DNA from: Hyaloraphidium curvatum SAG 235-1
Lineage: Eukaryota; Fungi; Monoblepharomycota
Length of the DNA: 64,000 bases
Assembly: GCA_025558095.1 (NCBI GenBank)
Contig: JAIVFI010000043.1
Coordinates: forward strand, 379,877 to 443,876
Direction: 5' to 3'
Both the position numbers and the translations under genes were made by a program. The notes beneath the pieces are model-generated. The model saw nothing but the letters and a program-made list of their open reading frames with translations. It did no database searches and was not told the DNA's origin. Of this stretch, positions 1 through 10,374 are shown piece after piece. Numbering within the stretch: position 1 is the stretch's first letter; each line of letters starts with the position of its first letter.

Positions 1-1206
1 CTCAAGGCCCGCATCTCCAAGGACCCCAACCTGCCCGCGCTGGAGCGCGAGTACGCCGAGGAGAAGCGCCGCGCCGCCGCGGCGCCCCCGGACGTCGTCG
101 TGCTGCCCACCGTCGACTCGCGCGGCAGGCTGCAGGACCTCCCTTCTGGCTCCGCTTCGGGACCTCCGCGGTCTGCGGGACCGGCCAAGCGCGCCAAGCC
201 GTGGGCCGCGGACAAGGCGCAGGGCGACGCCGAGGCCGACCCGTCCCGCGCGCCCGATCTTATGGAGCTGCTGCGGAGGGAGAAGATGGGCGTGGGGGAG
301 GGGTACGACCGCGAGCTGGCGGAGCGGATCGCGCGGGACTCGGCGTTCCGGGACAACCTGGACTACATGGACGAGCAGTCGGACCGCATGGCCCGGCAGG
401 TCGGGAGGTCGGACGACAAGAAGAGGCAGACGGCGGTGGACGACCACCGGAGGATGCAGACGGCGCTGGAGCGGTGCGCGTACTGCTACCAGGACGAGGG
501 CAAGACGGCGCCCAAGGTGCCCGTGGTGTCGCTGGGGAACAGGACCTACCTGGGCCTGACGCAGACGGTGGAGATGGCCAAGGGGCACTGCGCGATTGTG
601 CCGGTGCAGCACGTCAACAACTCGCTGGAGCTGGAGGACGACGCGTGGGAGGAAGTGAGGGTACGTCGCTCAAAGTGTTGTCTGGCCCGACTGCCGCTCA
701 TCCCTCCCCTCTTTCAGAACTTCATGAAGTGCCTCACCCAGCTCTACGCCACCTTCGACCCGCCCTGCTCCCCCATCTTCATCGAGTCCTTCGCCAACCC
801 CAAGCACCGCCGGCACTGCGTCATCGAGGCCATCCCGGTCCCGCAGGACCTCGCCGCCGACGCCCCCGCCTACTTCCGCGACGCCCTCCAGAGCGCCGAG
901 GAGGAATGGACGGTGCACCGCAAGGTGATCGACACGCGCGAGGGCGGCATCCGCCGGCACATGGTCAAGGAACTGCCCTACTTCCACGTCTGGTTCGGGC
1001 CCAACGGCGGCTTCGGCCACGTGATCGAGGACTCGGCGTCGTGGCCGGACTGGTTCGGCAAGGAGGTGGTCGCGGGGATGATGGACCTGCCGCCGGAGCT
1101 GTGGAGGAAGCCGCGGTGGGCGGACCGCAGGGACGAGGCGGGGAGGCTGAAGAGGTTCAGGGAGGGGTGGGACGCGTTCGACTGGACCAAGGCGCTGGAT
1201 GAGTGA
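1..1206 (+). CDS. CWF19L2: CWF19-like protein 2 (CwfJ C-terminal domains), spliceosome-associated; 5' truncated by window edge
   Basis: CxYC motif, GHCAIVPVQH, HCVIEAIPVP, LPYFHVWF..GGFGHVIED and FDWTK C-terminus; in-frame 57-nt GT-AG intron 661-717 restores WEEVR|NFMKCL. Confidence 0.9.
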   Translation, partial: LKARISKDPNLPALEREYAEEKRRAAAAPPDVVVLPTVDSRGRLQDLPSGSASGPPRSAGPAKRAKPWAADKAQGDAEADPSRAPDLMELLRREKMGVGEGYDRELAERIARDSAFRDNLDYMDEQSDRMARQVGRSDDKKRQTAVDDHRRMQTALERCAYCYQDEGKTAPKVPVVSLGNRTYLGLTQTVEMAKGHCAIVPVQHVNNSLELEDDAWEEVRVRRSKCCLARLPLIPPLFQNFMKCLTQLYATFDPPCSPIFIESFANPKHRRHCVIEAIPVPQDLAADAPAYFRDALQSAEEEWTVHRKVIDTREGGIRRHMVKELPYFHVWFGPNGGFGHVIEDSASWPDWFGKEVVAGMMDLPPELWRKPRWADRRDEAGRLKRFREGWDAFDWTKALDE

Positions 1207-1596
1207 TCCAATCGGACCGTGGCTGTTTTGCTGCTGTGGTGCTGTGGGCTTGGTCAGTCCGGTTTCGCCCGGAAATGTGGGGTGAACGAGCCCGATGACG
1301 TCTGTCGGAGGGCGGCTGGCCCTCTCCGAAAACCTCTGTTCTTGACCTCCGGGCCCAACAGCTGTATCTGCAGAGCCATTGCTGCTCTGCGATTATAGCA
1401 CGTGCGCCTCGCTGCGTTCGGATGCGCCGGGCGGCCGGAAGTGCAAAGGACCGACGAGTGTGTCATTTCCCAGGGACGCTCAGGGACCGACCTGTGGCGG
1501 TGCTCCTTGGCCTCAAAATGGGCGACGACGGAGTCACCCGAAATCCAACTTCACTCACACCAAACACAAGCGAATACCAACCCCAGCTCTGCGGAC

Positions 1597-4500
1597 ATGC
1601 GCTGTTGTGCGGAGCTTTCCACGGACGACAAGGGCGGCCGGCGCCCGCGCGGGCGCGGCACGCGGATCCTCCTCGCGGCGCTCGCCGTCTGCGCGGCAGC
1701 GGCGCCGTTCCTCCTCGCGGGCGCCGACGCGTACGCGATCCCGGTGCACCCGCTGCGCGGCCGTGCCGAGCGCCGCGGCCTGACGGCGCCCGCGCGGCCG
1801 GGCCCGGGCACCGCGCCGCCAACAATCATCGGCGGCGGCCCGGCCTCCAACGCCCAGGCCTACCCGTTCCTCGGCATTCTCATGATGGAGCCCTACGGTG
1901 CGCCCTCCTGTCCCCGCACTATTGCCGCACTTGCTGACCTGGCGGCCCTCCCCATCCTCCGCTGTTAACCGGCCGACCTACCCGCACCCAGGCTTCAGAT
2001 GTGGGGCCACCATGATCGGCCCCCTGACCGCCATGACCGCAGCCCACTGCGTCACGACGGACAGCTATTACAGCAGCAGCTCCTCGCGCCCCAACGACCC
2101 CAAGCGTCCCAAGACGCATTTCCCCATCGAGTCGCAGCTCTTCAGCCTGCACACGTACCGCTACAACCAGTCCAAGACCGCCGAGGAGGAGGGCGCGATC
2201 ATCTACAACGTCACGGCCTTCGAGTACCATCCCGATTACGATCGCACCGGCAACCTCGAGAACGATGTCGCCGTGCTCTTCCTCTCGCTCTTCAACAACT
2301 ACGGCTCGAACGAGGCCAAATACGTGGCCCTGAACCGCGAGCCGTCGGAACCCGTGCCGCCGGAGCCGCTGCGCGCCATTGGGTGGGGCGTGTCCGACAT
2401 CTACGAGTCGTGGTGGGGAGGCGCCGGTTACTACTATCCCGACGTGAGCCATCCCGGTCTCCTTCCCTTCGTGCCGTCCTGAAGTAGATTTGGACATCCA
2501 CAGATCCTGCAGCAGGTCGACCTACCTGCGGTTGCCAGCGAAACGTGCGAGGACTACTACAATGAACTCTTCAACGACACCTGGGCCATGGATGCCTCGC
2601 AGCTATGCGCCGGCGAGCGTGGAAAGCAGCCCTGCTACGGCGACAGCGGAAGCGCTCTCCTCCGAGACCTCGGCGGCGGCGAATGGGAGCAGGTCGGCAT
2701 CACCAGCTTCGGCATGCTCGGGTGCAAAGACCCCGCCTCGCCCTACAGCTTTTTCTCGCGCGTCTCGGCGGTCCTGCCCTTTGTCGAGACCTGGCTGTCG
2801 TTCCAGAACGGGTCGATGACCCGGACGACCACCCCGACGGCGACGACCACGGCGTCGGTGACGAGGACTACCATGACCTGGGTTGGTAAATTGCTAGCCC
2901 AACCCGGCTGCCGGCCACTAACGCTCGCTCTCCGCAGGCGACTCCGACCATCGAGTACGGCAGGGTCCGCGTTTGCAGCAACAAGTATGAGCAGATCCCG
3001 CACGTCGACTCCCTGGTCCAGTCGATTGACGTGGTCGGGCTGGGACCAGTCGGGGACGTCGACATTGAGCTGTTCATCGAGCATCCCTACCCGCAAACGC
3101 TCCAGGCGGAGGTGTCCTCGGTGAACGGCGACGGAGTCTACGCCTACACCTTGCTCTTTTCCGGCCCTGGCTGCGATGACGGGGGCTTCGCGGGGCAGCC
3201 CATCACGTTCGACGACTCGGCCGGGTACATATTGGGCGAGGTCGACTGCAACGGCACTCGCTACAGGCCATGGAGCGGCATAAACGAGGAGTTCCGCAGC
3301 ATCGGACGCCTGGACGATCCCAACGGGCAGTGGAACCTCTCGGTGGTCGACATGGCGGGCCTGGACTATGGCTCGGTCGGGCAGTGGTGCCTCAACTTCC
3401 TCCCGCGCTCGGCCATGACGAGCACGACCTTCATCCCCACGCCTACGTGCGAGCCCGTGACCGTGACCGAGACGACAACCGTCGGGGCGGCGCCGACGCC
3501 CGGCTGCGGGAGCGGCGTTGGTTACTCGAACAACCTCGTCCACCGCTGGGTCTACGACGCTAGCCGCTCGACGACCACCTTCCCGGACTGTGTGGGCACG
3601 GCCGACACCACGGTGACGGACCCGTCCAAGGTCGCCTTTCCGCAGGAGATCATCAACGGCACCCTTCACCAACCCATGGAGGTCAATGGCACGCGCGACG
3701 GCCTGATCGCCCCGGCCGAAGTCGGCGCCATCGGGACCACGGACTTTACCATCACCATGTGGACCAAGATGCGCCTCGACTTCCCGTGGAACGGGACGGA
3801 TGAGAGCTGGCAACGCTGGGAACTCTTCTGCAACCGCGGGGCCGACGACGGCGGGCCGTATGTCTGCTCGAGGGTGCGCAACTACGACAACACCGTCTCG
3901 CTCGAGATCGCCAACGGGGGCCACGGCATCGGGGTGGTCGCGCAGAGCACGGACCAGCTACCCTTCCTGGACAACGAGTGGCACTTCCTCGCCCTGGTCC
4001 GCAAGGGCGCCGACGTGTCGATCTTTGTCGACGGCCTTCCCGTGGCGACCGAGACCGAGGTGCACGGGCACACCATCGACCTGCCGGCCAGCACGCTGCC
4101 CGTGGGCATCGGCTACTCGCCATACTGGGGCGACTGGCCCGTGGGCCCCTTCCGTTTCAAGGGGCGGATGGACGACGTGCGGGTGTACTACGAGGCCCTC
4201 GACACGAGCGCGCAGGGGGCGATCATGGATGCGTGGCGCGCTGCCGGCCCTTGGGTGGTCACGACTGTGACTTCCACGGCAATTTCCACCACAACGGCGA
4301 CGGTGCCGACCACCCTCACCTCCGTTTCGACTACGACTGCTGTTTCCACTTCGACGGATGTTTCAACGACGACGTTTGTTTCCACTCTCACCACGACCTC
4401 CGTTTCTACGTCGACGCAGCTTTCCACGACAACGGAGCGCTCGACCGTGACGAGCACGAGCAGCATCACTTTGCCCCCCGTCACCGAAACGCAGACGCAG

Positions 4501-4815
4501 TGGTCGACGACCACACTCACCGTAGCGCAGCCAACCACGATCATCAACTACGTGCCGACGACCGTGACCTCCGTGAGCACCTCGGTGACCACGAGCATGG
4601 TTCCGACCACCACGACCTTCGTCTCGACGGCCGTGAGCTGGAAGACCAAGACGACCATCGTCAAGGCCTGCACCAAGACGCAGTTCCGCACGACCACCCA
4701 GAAGGTGTCGGTTACGACCACGAAGAGGATCCTCTCTACCGTCACCAAGACGATCCGCACTACCGCGACGAAGACGATCCGCACCACGGTGACGAAGGCG
4801 GTCAAGCGGAAGTGA
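1597..4815 (+). CDS. Secreted/signal-anchored S1 serine protease fused to proprotein-convertase P-domain, LamG-like domain and Thr-rich basic tail (multi-exon)
   Basis: Hydrophobic N-terminal segment, IIGG, TAAHC, NDVA, GDSGS across exons (introns near 1898-1991, 2444-2502, 2881-2937); GQWNLSVVD..GSVGQWCLNF P-domain; WHFLALVR..IFVDG..FKGRMDDVRVY LamG. Confidence 0.85.
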
Positions 4816-4997
4816 TGGGTGCCTTGGCTCCGGACAGTCGTCGGCCCGATACCCTCGACATGTAAATATGTTGTCTGTCTCTGATGTATGTGGACTGGAA
4901 ATGGAAAGCTGCTGATGATCATGGAAGGAGATTCGGAAAGTCGGGGATCCGCGTCACGAGGTGACGCGTTTTCGCATTGCCGCGGTCCGTAATACAA

Positions 4998-6484
4998 TCA
5001 GGCAACCTTAACCATCATTTTTCCCTTGTTTTTGCCTTCGAAGAGCTGATAGAAATAGTCAGCATCGGGTGGCAGGCCGCCGCGAGCGCGCCCACCTCCT
5101 TGAGCCACTTGCCAGCGTTCTCGAGACCCGGGCGGACGTCGTTCTCGATCCTCAGCTTGCCCGACAGCTTCATCTCGATCATCTGCTTCATCATGGGGCC
5201 GAACTCTGCGGCGTAGTCCGTGAAAATGAAGCCCTGTCCGAACCGTTAGAAATGAAAAGGCAAAAGGGGCGTGGCGCTGACCTCCATCCGGCACCGCTTG
5301 ATGACCAGGGACATGTAGTTCGAAGGTCCCTTCGGGGCTGCACTGTCGTCTGCCGTGCCAACGTTGTCAACGGATGTTCTCCGACGGACCAGAGGCAACC
5401 AACATTGCGAAATGCCGCCGCAGAGGACGACCCGGCCGTTCAGGTTCATGAGGTCGAGCGCGAGCTCCAGCGTCCGGCCGCCGACTGTTCAATGTTGTCC
5501 GTGAGTGCCGGATTATGGCCGCTGGTGCGGCGTCCTACCGTTGTCGTAGTATTCCTCGATGCCTTTGGGGCACGCCGCCTTGAGCTTGGCCTCGAACTCG
5601 GGGTCCTTGTCTGGGCGTCCAATAAGCTGTGCTTCGAAATTCGAGGTCGATGGCACCCACAGTCAATGCATTCATCGAATCCGAGGGTCTCCTTGACGAA
5701 CTTGCACTTCTCCGGTCCGCCGGCAGTCCCGACGACGCGGCACCCGAGCGCGTGCTTGTAGATCTGCCCGGCGAACGAGCCGGTCGATCCTGCAGCGCCC
5801 GAGACGAGCACAGTCGCGCCGGGCTCGAACTTGGCCTTGCCGATCTTGTAGATGCCGACCTGGAGGGCGGATCAGCGGCACCCAGGCGGGAGACCGTCAG
5901 ACGGTACCATCGCGGTGAGACCGGTGAGCTGCATCGAAATCTGGTCCGCGGGAGTGATCCCCTCGGGTAGGCTGGAAGGAACAAGTTACAAGGACGAAGA
6001 TGTATCGAAACGGGCAAGACCGACTTCAGCTTGGTAGGACCCATGGGCTGGCTGTCGTTGACGAGCGCGTACTCCTGCCTGCGCAACGTCAGCTCAATCT
6101 AAAAGCTCAATCGCAAGTGCCCACCATCCGATGAAGGCCTGGACCAGGTCGCCGACCTTCAGCTTCTCCGACTGGCTTTCGACAACCTCGCCGACCGTGC
6201 CGCCCCGCATGACGTCGCCGAGCGGCACCTTGGGCAGGTACGTGTCCTGTGGTACCCTCCCCAATGAGCGTCTTTCGCGCGCAAAGGAGGCGGGAAGAGC
6301 CCACGTAGGTCATCCAGCCCCTCATCGTCGGGTCCAGCGACAGGTAGAGCGTCTTGACGACGACGTCGCCCGGCTTGGAGCACTTCGGGATCGGCGACTC
6401 CTTGAGCTCAAAGAGCTTTTCGGGCGCGAGCGGCCCGGGCTCGGGACGCGAGACGAGGATCATCTGGCGGTTGACGGTGGCCAT
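4998..6484 (-). CDS. NADP-dependent alkenal/prostaglandin reductase (PTGR1/CurA-type MDR), multi-exon
   Basis: MATVNRQMILVSRP, YLSLDPTMRGWM, VSGAAGSTGS, GTAGGPEKC, GRVVLCGGISQ, LFEGKNKGKMMVKV spread over exons. Confidence 0.9.
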
Positions 6485-7095
6485 CGTTGGCGTGTCGGGT
6501 TGGGAGAGTCGGAGCGGGCGTGGCGGGAGCGCGGCGCGGGCGGAAGACGCGGGAATCGACTCGTGCGAAGCGAGAAAACGGGGGTGGAGCGCGATGGAGT
6601 GCGATTCGGTTGTCTCCCGGAAAGAGCCGCACGCCGATCTGTTTGGCGACTCGGGGCGGGGGGAGGAGGTTTTGCCGACCGATCCCAAACTCCCTCCGCA
6701 CCCTCGCAGTCGTCGACTGCATGTAATCCTAACGGAAAACAAACAGACAAGCAGGAGCAGAGCAGAATGCTCACGGCTCCCCTGCCGTCTACCGAGCCGA
6801 TCCAGCTCGCGACAGCATGCCCGCATGGAAAGAACACACAAGATGTGAAGCATAGGTCCACTAGTCCAGCCGAAGACGCTGGGCTGCACTTCAGCTGGGG
6901 CAGTCCACGTCCGCGATCAAGAGTCGGCGCTAGCTCCAGTTCAGCACCTCCACACCACGTCATCCGATCCCGCGACCGCTCCCATCTTCCGCCACGCTTC
7001 GATCTCCTCGAGACATGCGCGTGCTCGCTCCGGCGCCCACGAGCCGGGATCCTCGAACCTCAGCTGTCGGATAGCTACCCGCACGGGGGTCGGCT

Positions 7096-7491
7096 TTAGA
7101 CACTGTAGCTCAGCCGGAGCAAACCAGGACCGAGCAGGCCAAGCAGCCGCCTTGCTTGCGCTAGGACCACATTCCCAAATGGCCGCTGCACGGCCGGTTC
7201 CGACAAGACGAGGTCCAAATCACTGACGTGGTTCAGCGCCCCCGCGCGTTCCAAAGCGTCTATGGTCTCCCCCGCGCGATACGGTTCGACCCAGGCGAGC
7301 GAAAAACGCGCGTATAGCACCGGCATCAGACACTCGCGCATGGTGCGGCACGTGAGGGACAGCTCAAGGAGGGTCCGCGATCCGGGTTGGAGGAACGAGG
7401 CGACGGCGAGGAGGACCTCGGGCGGGAGGGCCAGGCCGGGTTCATCGGCAGAGGATGGTTCGGGGGCAGCATGACTTCCGACCGATTCCAT
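7096..7491 (-). CDS. F-box-like protein, short or truncated
   Basis: LPPEVLLAVASFL..RTLLELSLTCRTMRECLMPVLY resembles an F-box; 3' extent unclear. Confidence 0.5.
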   Translation of the reverse strand: MESVGSHAAPEPSSADEPGLALPPEVLLAVASFLQPGSRTLLELSLTCRTMRECLMPVLYARFSLAWVEPYRAGETIDALERAGALNHVSDLDLVLSEPAVQRPFGNVVLAQARRLLGLLGPGLLRLSYSV

Positions 7492-7697
7492 GTCGTTTCG
7501 CCGGTTCCCGGGGTTTGTGACGGACGCGTCCTCGGGCGCGCGTGGGCGAGGGCGCGGGTGACAAGTCGGCCCGGGCCACTTCCGAAGCGTCCCAAACACA
7601 CCCTCGCCGAGCCTCCGGAAAGAAAGTGCGTGCTCTCCGGCATGTCTCCGTCTCCCCGAACGCGCGCTGACCGGCTTCCTTCCGTCCAGACGCCGAG

Positions 7698-8950
7698 ATG
7701 CCCCCCGTCGACCTCTCCAAGCTCCCCGTCTCCCGCTCGCCCTTCCAGTACACCCGCCGCGACGTCATCCTCTACGCCGTCGCCGAGGGCGCGTCGTGGG
7801 ACGACCACAAATTCGTCTGGCAAGTGGCACCTCGGGCTTCGCGCGCTCGACGCGGTCTGACTTTTCGCCCTCGCGCTTTCCCTCTCCCCTCTCTCCCCTT
7901 CCTCCCGCAGGGAGCGCCACCCGGAGTTTGAGACGCTTCCAACTTATCCGACGGTGTTGGGACAGAAGGGGGATGGTTTCGAGCTCCGCAAGGTGGGCCG
8001 AACCCCCCCGTCCCCTCTCCGCTCCTCTGACTCCGGTCCAAGTGGGAGGACATGTCCCGCGGCGGCTTCAACATCCCCGGGGTCAAGCTCGACCCCCAGC
8101 TCTTCCTCGACGGCGGCCGCACGATCGAGTGGCTCGCCCCGATCCCGACCTCGGGCAAGGGCGAGATCGTCGGGCAGACCACGGGTGTCTACGATGTGGG
8201 GCAGGCCGCGGTGATCGAGACCACGAGCACGGTCATTGTGGACGGCGTCGAGGTGTGCAAGATCATCGGGCAGCTCTTTGGTGGGTGCGCTCGGCGTGGT
8301 GGTTGTCAGCTCCCTGATCCGCGCCCAAGCCCGCGGAGGTGGCGGCTTCGGCGGACCCAGGCCCCCCAAGGACCCCAACCCGGTCGAGATCCCCAAGGAC
8401 AGGTGGGAGAGCGCTGATGCGGTCATTATTTTGGCATCTGACTGGCCGGCATTGGCAGGGCCCCTGATGCCATCCAGGAGATCCCGATCCCGCTCAACCA
8501 GACCCTCATCTACCGCCTCTCGGGCGACACCATGCCTCAGGTGCGTGTCCTCTCGTCGTGCCTGTGCCCCCTCGATCAACCCTGAGCCCCTTTGCCCGGC
8601 AGCACGTCGACCTCGAGCTCGCCAAGCGGATGAACTGGCCCCGTCCCATCGTCATGGGCCTCGGCACCTACGGCATGACCGCCCGCGCGGTGCTCAGGCA
8701 CTTTGCCGCCAACCAGCAGACCCGCATGCAGAAGATGAGCGGGCGGTTCGCCGCCGTCGTTTACCCCGGCGAGACGCTCTACGTCGAGATGTGGAAGGTG
8801 CGCGAGGACGCCGACACGGTGACCGTGGCGTACCAGAGCCGCGTCAAGGAGCGCAAGGGGCCCGACGGGAAGGACCTGGTGGTGATGAGCCAGGGTTCGG
8901 CGGTGTGCAGGAAGAAGGGGCTCAAGGACACCGTGCCGGCCAAGCTCTGA
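7698..8950 (+). CDS. Peroxisomal enoyl-CoA hydratase 2 (double hot-dog/MaoC fold), multi-exon
   Basis: YTRRDVILYA, RGGGGFGGP, YRLSGD..|HVD, GRFAAVVYPGETL; C-terminal PTS1 AKL; first intron is GC-AG (7820-7910). Confidence 0.9.
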
Positions 8951-9089
8951 GGTCAACCTGTCAAAGGCCGCACCGGCAGCGAGCTGTAGCTTCAGCAGCA
9001 ATAAGAAAATTCTCTCCAGAAAGTTGTTCGTACGTTCGCGACGGCATGCACGCAACGGCCCGACTCCCCGCCGCCTCGACCTAAAAACA

Positions 9090-10184
9090 ATGTCCCCCGA
9101 AGTCCTCTCGCCCGAGCTCTCCGCGCTCCGCACCAAGGCCGGCGAGCTCGCCTCGCTGATCGCCAAGCTGCGGGACGATGCCGCGCTCAGCGACGCGCAG
9201 CGCCTCGCGGCCACCCGCGACGCGTCCAAGGCCGCGGGCATCTTCCCGCTGATGCGCGGCGGCACCGCGCTCCAAATCGTCGTCGCCCGCGAGGAGTTGG
9301 CGCGTCAAGGCGTCGGCCACGCGGCGGGCATCTTCGGCCCCGACGAGGGGATGCTGCGCGGCGCCGCCGAGCCGCTGCGGTCGACGCACCTGAACCCCAT
9401 GCTGGACGGCCTCAAGAGGGGCAGCCTGGGCATCACCGAGCCAAAGGGCATGCCGCGGCCGACGTACGCCACGATCGACGGCGATCACTTCGTCGTCACG
9501 GGCAAGAAGAGCTACATCACGGGCGGGCAGGAGGCAGACTTCGTCGTCGCCCTGGTCGAGGTCGAGGGGCAAGGGCCGGCCATGATCGCCATCGATCTCG
9601 ACTCGCCCGGCGTCTCGGTCGAGCGCCGCTTCGAGTCCATCGACGGCTCGAGGCACGCCGCCTTCTCCTTCACCAACGTGCGCGTGCCCCTGGCCAACCG
9701 CGTCGGGCGCGCCGGCGAGGGCCGCTCCCAGGCCCTGCAGCGCATCAGCGCCGTCCGCCGCGCCGTCTCGGCCGACTGCGTAGGCACCATGATCCACCTG
9801 ATCGACCTCGTCGCGGCCGACCTGAAGCGCCCGCGGCGGGGCGGGCCGCTGGCCAAGAGCGAGCGCGCGCGGCTGCGGTTCGGCGAGATGCGCGTGCTGG
9901 CCTACGCCGCGAGGTCGATGCTGTACCGCACCGCGGTGCTGGCAGACGCCGGGGAGGACGCGGTCAACGAGACGATCGCGACCAAGGTGTTCTGCACCGA
10001 GGCCGCGGGCAAGGTGGCCGACATGGCGATGCAGATGGTCGGGGGCGACGCGACGGTGGTTGGACACCCGGTGGAGAAGGCGGCGCGGGCGGTGCGGGTG
10101 CTGAGGTTGGCCGAGGGGGAGACGGACACGCTGCGGGTCAACCTCGCACGCGGGTTCCTGGACCTCAACAAGGGTAGGCTTTGA
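9090..10184 (+). CDS. Acyl-CoA dehydrogenase, intronless
   Basis: GITEP, TGKKSYITGG, KVFCTE, MQMVGG, RLAEGETD (catalytic Glu region). Confidence 0.9.
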   Translation: MSPEVLSPELSALRTKAGELASLIAKLRDDAALSDAQRLAATRDASKAAGIFPLMRGGTALQIVVAREELARQGVGHAAGIFGPDEGMLRGAAEPLRSTHLNPMLDGLKRGSLGITEPKGMPRPTYATIDGDHFVVTGKKSYITGGQEADFVVALVEVEGQGPAMIAIDLDSPGVSVERRFESIDGSRHAAFSFTNVRVPLANRVGRAGEGRSQALQRISAVRRAVSADCVGTMIHLIDLVAADLKRPRRGGPLAKSERARLRFGEMRVLAYAARSMLYRTAVLADAGEDAVNETIATKVFCTEAAGKVADMAMQMVGGDATVVGHPVEKAARAVRVLRLAEGETDTLRVNLARGFLDLNKGRL

Positions 10185-10374
10185 GTTGGTGGGGGATTGG
10201 AATCAGCGATGTAAGTAAGTGCAGACAGAAACCGACTCTCCTTGACTTAAAGAACTCGCACTATTAGATTGTTGTAGAGGGGCGAGCAGATCAGTTTGCT
10301 TATGTTTTAGGGGATTGTAGCGGGAGGAGCGTCCCTAATCGCAGGCCCGCCACGCCGCCGCAACGAAGTCCCCC

